Below are positions 62,293 to 64,000 of a DNA stretch of 64,000 nucleotides, one piece after another (the stretch's first letter is position 1; every line of letters begins with the position of its first letter). Source of the DNA: Candidatus Bathyarchaeota archaeon (lineage in GTDB: Archaea > Thermoproteota > Bathyarchaeia > Bathyarchaeales > Bathycorpusculaceae). The stretch is from positions 22,002-86,001 of the forward strand of contig CAVXDO010000004.1 of assembly GCA_963760595.1 (NCBI GenBank), in the 5' to 3' direction. The position numbers and the translations under genes were made by a program. The notes below the pieces were generated by a model. That model did not search any database, had not been told where the DNA came from, and saw only the letters and a list, made by a program, of their open reading frames with translations.

Positions 62293-64000
62293 TCATGTCC
62301 GCAGTAATTCGTCGTGTTTCTGTTCTTCTTGGAGTAATTGTGTTTGTGTTTGACTTTGGATTTGCATTTCTTCGGCTTTTCTGGGTTCTATGCATTGGGT
62401 TTCCTCTTCTTTGATGTTGAGGGTTCCTTTCACTGTGCCGTCATTTAGGCTTTTGATGGTGAATCCCATTTTCTTCATGAGGTTGATGGCTCTGTAATTG
62501 TCCGCCAGCATAATGGCGTAGACCGTTTCGAGTTTCATGTCTTTGCAGATTTCAAGCACGTAGTCTACCATTTTTGTTCCCAAGCCTAGGCCTTGCCATG
62601 GGTCGGCGACGATGAAGGCTATTTCGCCGGCTTTTCCGTTGGGTTCGATGCTGACTCTGGCGACGCCCAGGATTTTTGTGCGGCCGTTTTCGGTTAGTTC
62701 CGGCACGATGGCTATTTCTCGGTCGTAGTCTATGTTGGTGTATCGGATTCTTGTTTCGTGCGGTGTGTCTTTCAGTATTTGGAAGAACCTGTAGCGTATG
62801 GATTCTTCTGAGAAGTTCTGGAACATTTCCAGCCAGAGGGGTTCATCCTCGGGTTTTATCGGTCTCAGGATTACTGTTCTCCCGTCTCGGAGTTTCCACA
62901 TGGTTTCGTATTTCTTGGGGTATGGGGTTATTACCAAGTGTTCGTGGGGTTCAAGCTTTGTGAAAACTCGTTGTCTGTCGATCATGATTCGGGCGTCGAA
63001 GGCGAAGGCCTCTTTTTCGTTGATGAACAATGGGTTGATGTCAACTTCCTTCAGCTGCGGAAAGTCAACGAGCATCTGGCTGAATCGAACGATTAGCTCT
63101 TCTAAGAGTTTGATGTTAGCGGGTGGCACGTTTCTGTAGCCTTTCAGCAGCTGGTATACTTTGGTTTCTTCCATCATTCTTCTGGCCAAGGTTTGATTGA
63201 GCGGTGGGATTCCTATGGCGAAGTCTCTGAACAGTTCGACGCCTACGCCTCCCATGCCGAACAGTATCACCGGCCCGAACAAGGGGTCGGCTTTCGCTCC
63301 GAGTATGACTTCGTAGCCTCGCTTCTTTATCATGGGTTGAACGCTTACTCCCAGAATCTTGGCTTTCGGGTCGTATTCTCTGGCTTTTTCTATGATGTGG
63401 TTGAAAGCTTGTCTAACTTCAGCCTCGTTGTTTATGTCAAGCACGACTCCGCCGGCTTCTGTTTTGTGCACTATTTGGGGGGAGAGGATTTTCAGTACGA
63501 CTGGGTAGCCTGCTTGAGAAGCTAAGAGGACGACTTCGTTCTCTGTTTGTGCGACTTTTGCCTTCACGACTGGGAAATTGTAGTAGTCGAGGAAGTCTTT
63601 GGCTTCTGCCTCGGTCAGTATTTCGCGGTTTTCCATTGCGACGTTTCTCATTATCGTCATTAGCGGCCGTTTAGGCGGTACAACATCGACTGGGAGTTCT
63701 TCAGGCGTCTCGTAGAGCAGTTCTAGGTTGCGCTTGTACTGGTACATGTACTGGTACGTTTTTACTGCTTGTTCTGGAGTGGAGTAGGCTGGGATGTTGT
63801 TTTCTGTGAATGTGCGGTTTGCTTCTTCGACGGTTCCGTAGCCCATGAAGGAAGTTAGGATTGTCTTGTTGTGGTAGCTTCTGCTTTTGACGAGGTCTAC
63901 AATGCTTTTGGCGACTTCCACGGGCTGTGCCACAGCTTGGGCCGTGTAGATTATGAGTATGCCGTCAACGTTTTCGTCATCCAAGCATGCCTCGACAACT
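62293..64000 (-). CDS. Pat-like fusion: ADP-forming acetyl-CoA synthetase-like (CoA-binding/ATP-grasp) region plus C-terminal GNAT acetyltransferase; 5' end beyond window
   Basis: The frame is open to the window edge. The ATP-grasp part is GYPVVLKILSPQIVHKTEAGGVVLDI ... FGMGGVGVELF. The GNAT part is EIAFIVADPWQGLGLGTKMVDYVLEICKD...AIMLADNYRAINLMKKMGF. Confidence 0.8.
   Translation of the reverse strand, partial: VVEACLDDENVDGILIIYTAQAVAQPVEVAKSIVDLVKSRSYHNKTILTSFMGYGTVEEANRTFTENNIPAYSTPEQAVKTYQYMYQYKRNLELLYETPEELPVDVVPPKRPLMTIMRNVAMENREILTEAEAKDFLDYYNFPVVKAKVAQTENEVVLLASQAGYPVVLKILSPQIVHKTEAGGVVLDINNEAEVRQAFNHIIEKAREYDPKAKILGVSVQPMIKKRGYEVILGAKADPLFGPVILFGMGGVGVELFRDFAIGIPPLNQTLARRMMEETKVYQLLKGYRNVPPANIKLLEELIVRFSQMLVDFPQLKEVDINPLFINEKEAFAFDARIMIDRQRVFTKLEPHEHLVITPYPKKYETMWKLRDGRTVILRPIKPEDEPLWLEMFQNFSEESIRYRFFQILKDTPHETRIRYTNIDYDREIAIVPELTENGRTKILGVARVSIEPNGKAGEIAFIVADPWQGLGLGTKMVDYVLEICKDMKLETVYAIMLADNYRAINLMKKMGFTIKSLNDGTVKGTLNIKEEETQCIEPRKAEEMQIQSQTQTQLLQEEQKHDELLRT

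Overview
The window reads as an archaeal chromosomal segment. Archaeal markers are a tRNA with a canonical-position intron, split GMP synthase guaAA/guaAB, a MoaD/SAMP-type ubiquitin-like protein ending in GG, BRE/TATA-like promoter boxes, and MvhADG-HdrABC. No rRNA, CRISPR array, integrase, transposase or recognisable defence gene was seen.

The content falls into three blocks.

1. About 8-24 kb is a carbon and energy block. It holds the methylmalonyl-CoA mutase catalytic chain and a biotin-dependent carboxyltransferase set (12S + 5S + 1.3S-like, with no biotin carboxylase). It also holds BirA, methylmalonyl-CoA epimerase, a TfrAB-type soluble fumarate reductase whose Fe-S subunit is fused to a CCG domain, and tungsten-type aldehyde:ferredoxin oxidoreductase with its ferredoxin.

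2. 50-61 kb is a nine-gene minus-strand block. A translationally coupled hdrA-mvhD-hdrC-hdrB-mvhG-mvhA operon is preceded by a second hdrA/mvhD module. That second HdrA is split into two ORFs exactly where the first copy is fused.

3. The rest is accessory-looking DNA rich in secreted or surface proteins. Three of these carry C-terminal dockerin-like modules, but no cohesin is visible. Two are NosD-like beta-helix paralogues, and there are PKD and CARDB proteins. This DNA also contains two frameshifted genes, a sensor kinase, and a radical-SAM/nitroreductase/PP-loop-ATPase/GATase gene string. Its intergenic DNA carries several repeat or motif families. These are a 184-bp MITE-like element with TA flanks, a TAGCGCGCAT decamer, GATCGATCG palindromes, a GGTAAAGTTTTATC BRE/TATA-like module, and long hairpins.

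All calls rest on reading the translated ORFs and the DNA by eye. No database search was run. Gene starts are often uncertain because many ORFs open on GTG or TTG.
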